Positions 16,282-24,365 of a stretch of 32,000 nucleotides of DNA are shown here, one piece after another (position 1 is the stretch's first letter; each line of letters begins with the position of its first letter). The stretch covers positions 1 through 32,000 of the forward strand of contig JAEPQH010000020.1 of NCBI GenBank assembly GCA_017640605.1, read 5' to 3'. The DNA comes from Balneolaceae bacterium. Its GTDB lineage: Bacteria; Bacteroidota; Rhodothermia; Balneolales; Balneolaceae. Below the pieces are notes generated by a model, which searched no databases, was not told the DNA's origin, and saw nothing but the letters and a program-made list of their open reading frames with translations. The translations under genes were made by a program, and so were the position numbers.

Positions 16282-19215
16282 ATGCCTATGAAAATACTAT
16301 TACTTTCGCTGTCACTACTTTTTTTCGGGATTCAACAAGTACACGCTCAATCCATATCCGACTCAACCACTACCAGTATATTTTCGTCCAAAGCTCTATA
16401 TCAGTCAGATGTTTTAAGGGCGTTATCAGGACTCGCACCGGGGCTCATAATTCACTCTACAGGTGGAGTTTCCGGAACAGGGACAAATCCTGTTTTTCGA
16501 AGCTATTCGAGCTTAAATGCGCCCAGCAATCCATTAATAATAGTTGATGGCGTCAGGTTTGATGGGGCAAATAATCATAATAGCAGCGCATTTAACGGAG
16601 GAGGTTCTCTAGTTACTCCAAACCGATCTTTCGATCTTCATCCTTCCGAAATTGTTTCGGTGAATGTTTTAAGCTCACTAGAAGGTACATTTTTGTACGG
16701 CGAAGAAGCCACAAATGGAGTTATTGAAATTACAACCAGAAGAAACGCAATCGATTTAACCAGAGAAGGCTACGAGCTTACAATAGATCAAAGTGTTTAT
16801 TCCACGAGTATGTCGAGCCGACCGGATTATCAAAACCAATTTGGAATGGGTTTTAACGGTCAATATGGTCCATTTTTTAGTTCCTGGGGAGCCTCTTTTG
16901 ATAGCCGGGATCCTGCAGATTTTCCATCCAATTTTAATGGACTGGATAACGATGGTGCTGTATTAGTAGATCATCCTTATGGTTTTTACAATTTCACAAG
17001 TGATGGTGCTCCTGATTATGCCACCGAAGTGTATCGCTATGAAGCAAGAGAAACCCCTACCGATGCTTACTTCAGAAATGGTATTGGAAGTCGTTCATTT
17101 ATAGATTTGAATTACAAAAAAGGGAGCACTTCCTGGAGTTTCAATTACGCCGGAAATCAGGAAGAAGGCTTTACGCCCAACAATGCTTTTCTTAAAAACA
17201 GTTTTGGAAGCTCCGTTAAGTATCAACTTTTAGATAATGTACATGGTACATCAAGTTTACAGTTTTTATTTACGGATGTTAAAATGCCACCCTTATCGGC
17301 AGGAAGTGGAAGTGGAGTTGTAGAAGGTGGAGCAACAACAGGAGCATTCACCTACCTGTTTTTTACTCCGAGGTCTATCGACTTAGCACTACCAAATAGT
17401 TCGCCCGATAATAATGGCTTTACCTATTACCGCCCGGATATAATTCATCCTGTTTGGTTTGCAAATAATGCCTCAACCACTAATGAAACCAATCGCATAC
17501 TGGGTAAAACTGCCCTTCATTTTACTCCCTCAGATCGATTTCAATTCAACTACACCTATACATTTGATAGTTACGATGAGAATCAGGAGTACAAGCTAAA
17601 TCCTACGGGGACTTTCAACTTTCCTTATGTATTAGGGCTCTACCAAACCATTGAAATTGATCGAACGCTTCTCGATAATTTTGCACTTGCTACGTATCGT
17701 CCAAATTTAGGGAATAGGCTCTTTGCAGAAGTGCGACTCGGTGGGCATTATATGAGCGAAAATATTAATGAAAAAGGGCTGGAAAGCACCGATATACGAG
17801 AGTATGGTGTTTTTGAACACGATAATTTTAGGGTTCAAAGCTCTACGAATTCATTTACCAACGAGTTGATGGAAAGAGAGTTTGAACGCCGATCGTTTGG
17901 TGCATTTGGCTCGATGGAGTTAGAGCTTGATCGATGGATATATACTGATGTTGGCGTTCGCAGGCAGTGGAATCAATCGCTGCATCAACAAGATATGAAT
18001 GCGGTTTATCCTTACGTCACTTTTGGTGTAATTCCATCAAATGTGCTGGTGGATAATGACGAAATCCTGAGCAATTTAGATTTCTCATTTTCTTATTTCA
18101 CATCAGGCAGATCGATTTTAACAGAACTTGAAATTTTAGTACAAGATCGGCCCAGTGTTGGGTTAAACGATGAGTTAAAACCAGAAAGATCAATTGAAAA
18201 ACAAGTTGCGGCAACGGTCGGTCTATTTAAAGATCGAATTTCTTTCTCCGGGAAATATTATCAAAGAATACATACCGATTTAATCTCCAGAATTGCTGTA
18301 AATCCTACACAAGGCTTCGGCTCGATACTCGATAATTTACTCGAAATGGAAGTAGAGGGCTTTGATGCTCAGGCGGTATTAGTACCACTCGAAGGAAAAG
18401 TTAATTGGAAGATTATTTCGAATTTTAGCACCACCAAAGCAGACGTTAAAGAATACACAGGTACTTTTAATGCAATTCAATTAGGAAATAGCCAATCTTT
18501 TCGGGGAAATCTGGCTCAGGTTAATGAACCTTATCTAAGCATGTATGGTAGTACCGTTTTACGGGTTACAAGTGATATTCAGAGGGCAGATCCCAATATG
18601 AGATCTGTTCCCATTGGCACACCAATTATCGATAATAATGGAAATTACCTTACCGATCAGAATGATATTATCGGAAACCCAATACCCGACTGGAATCTCT
18701 CTACCTTACAACAAGTACGGTACAAGAACCTAAGCTTTTCTATTCAGATTGATTATCAAAGAGGGGGCGACATGTACAGTAGCTGGATTAGTTCACTGGT
18801 TGGAAGGGGTTTAATTTCATCAACGCTCGACAGAGAAGAGACATTTATTATTGAAGGTGTAAAATTTGATGGTACTCAGAACGATATTGAGATCAGTAAG
18901 CAACAATACTATTTCAGTAATCTGGGGTTTGGCCCCGATGAATTGAGAGTTTATGATATGACTCATTTACGCATTTCTCATATCGGGTTTTCATATCAAG
19001 TTCCGCAGCAATGGATTACAAAAACAGGGTTTAAAGAGGTAATTATTTCCTTTTCGGTAGAAAATGCCTTTCTGAAAATGTACAATATTCCAGAAGGTAC
19101 AGGTTTTGATCCGAACGTAAACTCGAATGGGGCAGGACTTAACAATCTAGGTTTTGAATACTTAACCGGTCCCGGTGCTCGTAGATTCGGTGGTTCGTTA
19201 CGAGTTCGCATATAA
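16282..19215 (+). CDS. SusC/RagA-like TonB-dependent-receptor-family outer-membrane protein (plug plus large beta-barrel)
   Basis: 977 aa. Signal 'LLLSLSLLFFGIQQVHAQ'. Plug-like region 'DVLRALSGLAPGLII...NPLIIVDGVRFDG...EGTFLYGEEATNGVIEITTRR'. The remainder is long and rich in aromatic/Gly beta-strands, ending 'RFGGSLRVRI'. Confidence 0.8.
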   Translation: MPMKILLLSLSLLFFGIQQVHAQSISDSTTTSIFSSKALYQSDVLRALSGLAPGLIIHSTGGVSGTGTNPVFRSYSSLNAPSNPLIIVDGVRFDGANNHNSSAFNGGGSLVTPNRSFDLHPSEIVSVNVLSSLEGTFLYGEEATNGVIEITTRRNAIDLTREGYELTIDQSVYSTSMSSRPDYQNQFGMGFNGQYGPFFSSWGASFDSRDPADFPSNFNGLDNDGAVLVDHPYGFYNFTSDGAPDYATEVYRYEARETPTDAYFRNGIGSRSFIDLNYKKGSTSWSFNYAGNQEEGFTPNNAFLKNSFGSSVKYQLLDNVHGTSSLQFLFTDVKMPPLSAGSGSGVVEGGATTGAFTYLFFTPRSIDLALPNSSPDNNGFTYYRPDIIHPVWFANNASTTNETNRILGKTALHFTPSDRFQFNYTYTFDSYDENQEYKLNPTGTFNFPYVLGLYQTIEIDRTLLDNFALATYRPNLGNRLFAEVRLGGHYMSENINEKGLESTDIREYGVFEHDNFRVQSSTNSFTNELMEREFERRSFGAFGSMELELDRWIYTDVGVRRQWNQSLHQQDMNAVYPYVTFGVIPSNVLVDNDEILSNLDFSFSYFTSGRSILTELEILVQDRPSVGLNDELKPERSIEKQVAATVGLFKDRISFSGKYYQRIHTDLISRIAVNPTQGFGSILDNLLEMEVEGFDAQAVLVPLEGKVNWKIISNFSTTKADVKEYTGTFNAIQLGNSQSFRGNLAQVNEPYLSMYGSTVLRVTSDIQRADPNMRSVPIGTPIIDNNGNYLTDQNDIIGNPIPDWNLSTLQQVRYKNLSFSIQIDYQRGGDMYSSWISSLVGRGLISSTLDREETFIIEGVKFDGTQNDIEISKQQYYFSNLGFGPDELRVYDMTHLRISHIGFSYQVPQQWITKTGFKEVIISFSVENAFLKMYNIPEGTGFDPNVNSNGAGLNNLGFEYLTGPGARRFGGSLRVRI

Positions 19216-19300
19216 TTGGCACACAAGTTGTACTTAAGATCTCAGAATTCGACCGATAAATTAGAGGTACGGTAGAAGAACCAAATTTTGAGAGGGCCAG

Positions 19301-19459
19301 ATGATGGAAAGAGATATTCGAAATATTATGATGCAGTTGGAAATGCTGTTGGAGGAATACCCTGAAGCAAAATTCTACATTTATAATGGAATTAGAACTA
19401 TGGTTTCAGATTTACTCAACTCTGTAGACTGCATTGACGACTTGAGAGAAGAGTCGTAA
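19301..19459 (+). CDS. Small hypothetical ORF (52 aa), not in the supplied track
   Basis: ATG 19301 to TAA 19457-19459. The product 'MMERDIRNIMMQLEMLLEEYPEAKFYIYNGIRTMVSDLLNSVDCIDDLREES' looks helical and acidic. GAGAGGG lies upstream. Hairpins follow. I recognise no homology. Confidence 0.3.
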   Translation: MMERDIRNIMMQLEMLLEEYPEAKFYIYNGIRTMVSDLLNSVDCIDDLREES

Positions 19460-19535
19460 ACGTTTTGTGTTAAGAACCCCTGATACCCCTCGGCTCGCTT
19501 TTTTGATTGTGCGAGCCGTATTGATAGATGACCCC

Positions 19536-19571
19536 AAAAGCCTCACTGGAAAGTGAGGCTTTTTCTTTTTT
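19536..19571 (+). terminator. Rho-independent terminator closing the 11183-19459 transcription unit
   Basis: AAAAGCCTCAC-TGGAAA-GTGAGGCTTTT hairpin followed by TTTTCTTTTTT. An additional hairpin CGGCTCGC-n12-GCGAGCCG lies at 19491-19518. Confidence 0.75.
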
Positions 19572-19656
19572 CAATTCTTCGTGATCTATCAGGTTTTGCT
19601 TCTTGGTGTTGCTTATAAACAAACATATGTTGATCATTTGCATTTATAATTAAGTA

Positions 19657-20178
19657 ATGGCTAGCACACCAAGCATAGAAATCCTTCTCTCCAAATATTT
19701 TAAACCCGAAGCAGAACGGGTATTAAAAGAACATCCTGAGCTTATAAATCAGGTTTTACCCATCTGTTTAACCAACGAAGCTCCAATGTGCTGGCGCGCA
19801 GCATGGGTAGCCCGAACTGTAATTGAAGAAAATGACGCAAGAGTTCGCCCCTACATCGATAAAATACTTGATGTATTACCTGAAAAAGAGGATGGTCATC
19901 AACGCGAATTGATGAAGTTACTTCAACGCATGAAGTTAAGCGACGATCAGGAAAGTATTTTATACGACCAATCTGTTACAATTTGGGAATCGGTTCGTAA
20001 AAAACCTTCGGTTAGATATACTGCCTTCGAACATATTATTAATATGGTATATAAGTATCCCGAGCTGGAGCAGGAACTAGACGCAATCACTCAGCCTCAA
20101 TATCTGAATTCATTAAGTCCGGGAGTTAAAGCCGGCGTATTCAAATCTCTCTCAAAGTTAAAAAAGAGCATGGAATAG
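19657..20178 (+). CDS. Hypothetical helical-repeat protein
   Basis: 173-aa ORF with coding-like composition and a helical, HEAT-like appearance. I recognise no motif confidently. Confidence 0.55.
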   Translation: MASTPSIEILLSKYFKPEAERVLKEHPELINQVLPICLTNEAPMCWRAAWVARTVIEENDARVRPYIDKILDVLPEKEDGHQRELMKLLQRMKLSDDQESILYDQSVTIWESVRKKPSVRYTAFEHIINMVYKYPELEQELDAITQPQYLNSLSPGVKAGVFKSLSKLKKSME

Positions 20179-20292
20179 CTCGATTCAGAGTATTATTTAT
20201 CGCTAACAATAACTTATCTGTATAAAAAAACTGCCTTTCCTTTTTGCGAGCTTCCTGCCATATTCCTTCGCACTTAATTAATCGGGCTTTGT

Positions 20293-22095
20293 ATGATTCT
20301 TTCTACCATCGATTGGGGAATTCTTGGTTTATTCTTTATAACGCTGTTAGCTATTGGATGGTGGGCTTCAAAATCGGCCGGGAAAAATACGAAAGAGTTT
20401 TTTTTAGGTGGCAGAAATATGCCGTGGTGGTTATTGGGGATTTCAATGGTAGCAACCACCTTTTCTGCAGATACACCAAATCTTGTTACAGGGTTAATCA
20501 GAGAAAATGGAGTGGCAAAAAATTGGGTGTGGTGGGCTTTTTTGATAACAGGATTGGTCACTGTATTTATTTATGCAAAACTTTGGCGACGATCTGAACT
20601 TACTACCGATCTGGGAATGTACGAACTTAGATATGGTGGAAAGGCGGCTTCATTTTTAAGGGGATTTCGGGCCTTATATCTGGGAGTATTGTTCAACTGT
20701 TTAATCATGGGTACTGTTACTCTCGCGGCCATTAAAATTGGATCGGTGATGTTCGGCTTGCAGCCAATAACCATTGTAATCAGCCTTTCGGTAATAGTCG
20801 TTTTTTACTCTGCATTGGGCGGAATAAAAGGGGTGATTTGGGCAGATTTTTTTCAGTTCGGGATTTCTATGTTTGGTGCCATTTACGCAGCTTATGTAGT
20901 TATTCAACAACCGGAAATTGGTAGTCTTTCCAATTTAATATCACATCCCAATGTTGTTGATAAAATCAGCTTTTTTCCTGATCTGTCTAATCCATCTATA
21001 CTCATAAGTATGTTCATTATTCCCATTGCTGTACAATGGTGGGCGGTTTGGTATCCCGGTTCAGAACCCGGTGGAGGTGGCTACATCGCGCAACGAATGT
21101 TAGCGGCAAAAGACGAGGAAAATGCGATGGGAGCAACCTTGTTATTCAATGTTGCACACTATGCACTTCGGCCATGGCCTTGGATAATTGTTGCATTGGG
21201 ATCGTTGATTTTATATCCCGATCTGATGAGTATAAAGCAAGAATTTCCAAATATTGCCGATCAATATCTTGGCGATGATATCGCCTATCCCGTAATGCTA
21301 ACCAAATTAGGTCCCGGTTGGTTAGGCTTGGTTGTGGCTTCTTTAATCGCGGCATTTATGTCTACGATTTCAACACATTTAAATTGGGGAGCCTCTTATC
21401 TGGTAAGTGATTTTTACCAACGCTTTGTTCGTCCTGAGGCTTCAGAAAAAGAGCTGGTGCAAACAGGCCGGGTTGCTACGATTATTTTAATGATCTTTTC
21501 CGCATCACTTGCTCTAACAATTCTGGAAGATGCCACCCAAGCCTTCGATCTTTTATTACTATCCGGGGCAGGTTCAGGAGCCATTTATTTATTGCGCTGG
21601 TTTTGGTGGAGAATTAATGCATGGACCGAAATCGCAGCTATGATTTCAGCTACTATTGTAGCTATTGTACTAGTTTTTTGGGTGCCAGACGAAATTGTAG
21701 CAACCACGCTCATCGATGGTTCAACGGTAAAGCTTCTTATCGCTGTTTGCATTACCACGCTGGTTTGGATTGGTACTACTTTTGTTACAAAACCCGAATC
21801 GATGGAAGTATTAATCAGCTTCTATAAAAAAGTACATCCGGGCGGACCGGGTTGGCAAAAAGTAATTGACAGTGCTAAACAAGCTAATGTAGAACTCGAT
21901 GTCGATAATACTTCTTGGGATTTACCTATTAGTTTGTTGAATGTATTTTTAGGCTGTATCGGAATTTATTCGGCGTTATTTGCCATTGGGTATTTTGTAT
22001 ATGGAAATTTTGGAATGGGACAGATTTTCGCCGGAATATTTGGAATGTCGATTTACTTCATGTTACGAACATGGCCCAAAATGAATCTTGAATAA
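20293..22095 (+). CDS. Sodium:solute symporter (SSS) family transporter
   Basis: 600 aa with about 13-14 hydrophobic helices. The overall layout and segments such as 'FFLGGRNMPWW', 'GGGGYIAQRMLAAK' and 'AAFMSTISTHLNWGASYLVSDFY' are typical of SSS family members. Confidence 0.8.
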   Translation: MILSTIDWGILGLFFITLLAIGWWASKSAGKNTKEFFLGGRNMPWWLLGISMVATTFSADTPNLVTGLIRENGVAKNWVWWAFLITGLVTVFIYAKLWRRSELTTDLGMYELRYGGKAASFLRGFRALYLGVLFNCLIMGTVTLAAIKIGSVMFGLQPITIVISLSVIVVFYSALGGIKGVIWADFFQFGISMFGAIYAAYVVIQQPEIGSLSNLISHPNVVDKISFFPDLSNPSILISMFIIPIAVQWWAVWYPGSEPGGGGYIAQRMLAAKDEENAMGATLLFNVAHYALRPWPWIIVALGSLILYPDLMSIKQEFPNIADQYLGDDIAYPVMLTKLGPGWLGLVVASLIAAFMSTISTHLNWGASYLVSDFYQRFVRPEASEKELVQTGRVATIILMIFSASLALTILEDATQAFDLLLLSGAGSGAIYLLRWFWWRINAWTEIAAMISATIVAIVLVFWVPDEIVATTLIDGSTVKLLIAVCITTLVWIGTTFVTKPESMEVLISFYKKVHPGGPGWQKVIDSAKQANVELDVDNTSWDLPISLLNVFLGCIGIYSALFAIGYFVYGNFGMGQIFAGIFGMSIYFMLRTWPKMNLE

Positions 22096-22109
22096 TTAAA
22101 ACAATTACA

Positions 22110-23459
22110 ATGGATCGAAAAACATTTGTTAAAACCAGTACCGTTGCCACAGTTGGCACTGTATTAGGTGCACCAGCAGTATTGAAAGCAAAACAGCGAT
22201 CATCTAACACCATAAGAATCGGGTTTATTGGAACAGGATTACGAGGGCGAAATCATGTGAATAATATACTGGCTACTGAAGGAGTAGACTGTCCTGCCTT
22301 TTGTGATATCGACCCGGATGCCGTTGACAAAACAATGGCCATGTTCGAAGAAAAGAATAAACCGAAACCGACTGTCTATTCCGCAAACGAATATTCCTAC
22401 CAGGAAATGCTGGCTAAAGAAGACCTAGATGGTGTAATAATTTCAACCAATTGGCGATGGCATACAGCAATGTGTATTGCCGCGATGGAAGAGGGTGTTT
22501 ATGCAGGAGCCGAAGTTTCCGGTGCATTTTCGGTGGATGAATGCTGGGAACTGGTAAATTGCCATGAAAGAACCGGAACCCATTTAATGTTTCTTGAAAA
22601 TGTATGCTATCGCCGTGATGTGATGGCGGTATTAAACATGGTTAGGGATAATATTTTTGGCGAATTGGTGCATTTTAGAGGGGGTTATCAACATGATTTG
22701 CGAACAGTAAAGTTTAATGACGGTAATGGCGGTTTAATTTATGGTGATGGAAGCTATGGCGAGGCAAGATGGCGAACAGCCCATTCTGAACATCGGAATG
22801 GAGATTTGTACCCGACACATGGTTTAGGACCAATAGCTACATATATTGATATGAACCGCGGCAATCGATTAGTCTCGGTATCATCGCACGCAACTAAGGC
22901 AAGGTCGCTAAAGCACTTTGCCCAAAATCACCCTGATGGAGGCGAAAATCATCCGTATACAAAAATAAACTGGAAGCTGGGCGACATCGTAACATCTACC
23001 ATTACTACCGCTCGCGGAGAAACGATCATTTTAACCCACGATACAAATTTACCACGACCCTATTCACTGGGTTTTAGAGTGCAGGGTGTAAATGGTCTCG
23101 CCGAGTTCGATTATTACACAAAACGTGTACACGTTGAAGGCATTTCAGAATCGCACCGCTGGGATTTTGGGAATGAATGGTTCGAAAAATACGATCACGA
23201 GCTTTGGAAGAAATATGGAGAAGAGGCCGTTGGTGGAGGTCATGGAGGAATGGATTTCTTCCTCGATCGAGCCTTTGTAGAAAGTGTTCGTCGCGGAATA
23301 GAACCTGTGTTAGATGTATACGATGCGGCCGTAATGCGAGTAATTACACCGCTTTCTGAAATTTCGATTCAAGAGGGAGGAACACCTCAGCCAATTCCCG
23401 ATTTTACCGAAGGAAAATGGATAACACGTAACCCTGTATTTGGTCTTGGAGACCTCTAA
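22110..23459 (+). CDS. Gfo/Idh/MocA-family NAD-binding protein with a Tat-like signal; resembles glycoside hydrolase family 109
   Basis: 449 aa. N-terminus 'DRKTFVKTSTVATVGTVLGAPAVLKA'. Rossmann motif 'IRIGFIGTGLRGRNHV'. The size and the signal-plus-oxidoreductase-fold layout match GH109-type enzymes; that subfamily call is inference. Confidence 0.75.
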   Translation: MDRKTFVKTSTVATVGTVLGAPAVLKAKQRSSNTIRIGFIGTGLRGRNHVNNILATEGVDCPAFCDIDPDAVDKTMAMFEEKNKPKPTVYSANEYSYQEMLAKEDLDGVIISTNWRWHTAMCIAAMEEGVYAGAEVSGAFSVDECWELVNCHERTGTHLMFLENVCYRRDVMAVLNMVRDNIFGELVHFRGGYQHDLRTVKFNDGNGGLIYGDGSYGEARWRTAHSEHRNGDLYPTHGLGPIATYIDMNRGNRLVSVSSHATKARSLKHFAQNHPDGGENHPYTKINWKLGDIVTSTITTARGETIILTHDTNLPRPYSLGFRVQGVNGLAEFDYYTKRVHVEGISESHRWDFGNEWFEKYDHELWKKYGEEAVGGGHGGMDFFLDRAFVESVRRGIEPVLDVYDAAVMRVITPLSEISIQEGGTPQPIPDFTEGKWITRNPVFGLGDL

Positions 23460-23468
23460 AACAATAAT

Positions 23469-24365
23469 ATGTCAGCAACATTAGTAATTTTGGCGGCCGG
23501 ATTAGGCAGCCGTTATAAAGGATTAAAACAAGTAGACTCATTTGGCCCAAGTGGTGAACAACTGTTCGATTACACCGTTTACGATGCCATACGTGCCGGT
23601 TTCGATCAGGTAGTTTTTGTAATCAGGAAAGCATTTTCCGTCGATTTCGAACAATCTGTAAACAGAAAATTTGCCCACAAAATTGATGTTCGATTTGTGT
23701 ATCAAGAGCTGGATAATTTGCCAGAAGGTTGTACACCTGTGCCCGGTAGAGAAAAACCGTGGGGAACCGGTCATGCACTCTGGGTAACAAAAGATGTGGT
23801 ATCATCCCCATTTTGTATGGTAAATGCCGACGACTTTTATGGCGGTAAAGCCATTAAACAAATGCACGATTTACTACAAACTTTCGAACCGGGCGAGATG
23901 AATGCCGGAATGGTAGGTTATCTTTTAGACGACACACTTTCTGATTTTGGGAGTGTATCGAGAGGGATTTGTGATATTGAACGAGGCAACTTGAATGGAA
24001 TTGAGGAGCATACTCAGATCGAGAAGAAAGAAGATCAAATAATTTCAGTTCGAGAAGAAGGCGAGTACGTTTTGCCGCCAGATACTATTGTGAGTATGAA
24101 TTTAATGGGGTTTTCACCGGCTGTTTACTCATTGATGGAAGAAATGTTCAAAGCCTTTTATTATGAAAGTAAGCATCAGTTAAAAGCTGAGTTTTACGCC
24201 CCGCAGATTTTGAAAGAACTCATCGATCGAGGTGTACAAGTGCCTGTAACTGCTACCGACTCGAGTTGGTTTGGAGTTACTTACCCCGAAGATAAAGCTG
24301 AGGTTCAGAGAAATATTCAAAAACGTATACAAGAGGGTGAATACCCGGCGCAACTGTGGGAATAG
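23469..24365 (+). CDS. Sugar-phosphate nucleotidyltransferase
   Basis: 298 aa. N-terminal 'LVILAAGLGSRYKGLKQ' (nucleotidyltransferase GxGxR signature), 'PWGTGHA' and 'VNADDFYG'. Confidence 0.8.
   Translation: MSATLVILAAGLGSRYKGLKQVDSFGPSGEQLFDYTVYDAIRAGFDQVVFVIRKAFSVDFEQSVNRKFAHKIDVRFVYQELDNLPEGCTPVPGREKPWGTGHALWVTKDVVSSPFCMVNADDFYGGKAIKQMHDLLQTFEPGEMNAGMVGYLLDDTLSDFGSVSRGICDIERGNLNGIEEHTQIEKKEDQIISVREEGEYVLPPDTIVSMNLMGFSPAVYSLMEEMFKAFYYESKHQLKAEFYAPQILKELIDRGVQVPVTATDSSWFGVTYPEDKAEVQRNIQKRIQEGEYPAQLWE

Noticed and set aside
11183-19215. Reading the cluster as part of a conventional flagellar locus.
   Set aside because: - No fliE/H/I/J/M/N/P/Q/R, flhA/B, flg, fliC or che genes occur within 10 kb on either side.
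- The FliG-like protein is membrane-anchored and fused to an FliF-like segment.
- Only the whole genome can fully exclude this reading.
20244-20597. A 117-aa plus-strand ORF and a 95-aa minus-strand ORF at the 5' end of the symporter gene.
   Set aside because: Both overlap the 600-aa SSS transporter frame, which has a coherent TM pattern from its first codons. The alternative frames have no recognisable features.
23092-23359. Two 60-62-aa plus-strand ORFs inside the Gfo/Idh/MocA gene.
   Set aside because: They are alternative frames of a well-supported 449-aa CDS, and their products are Arg/Trp/Cys-rich nonsense.
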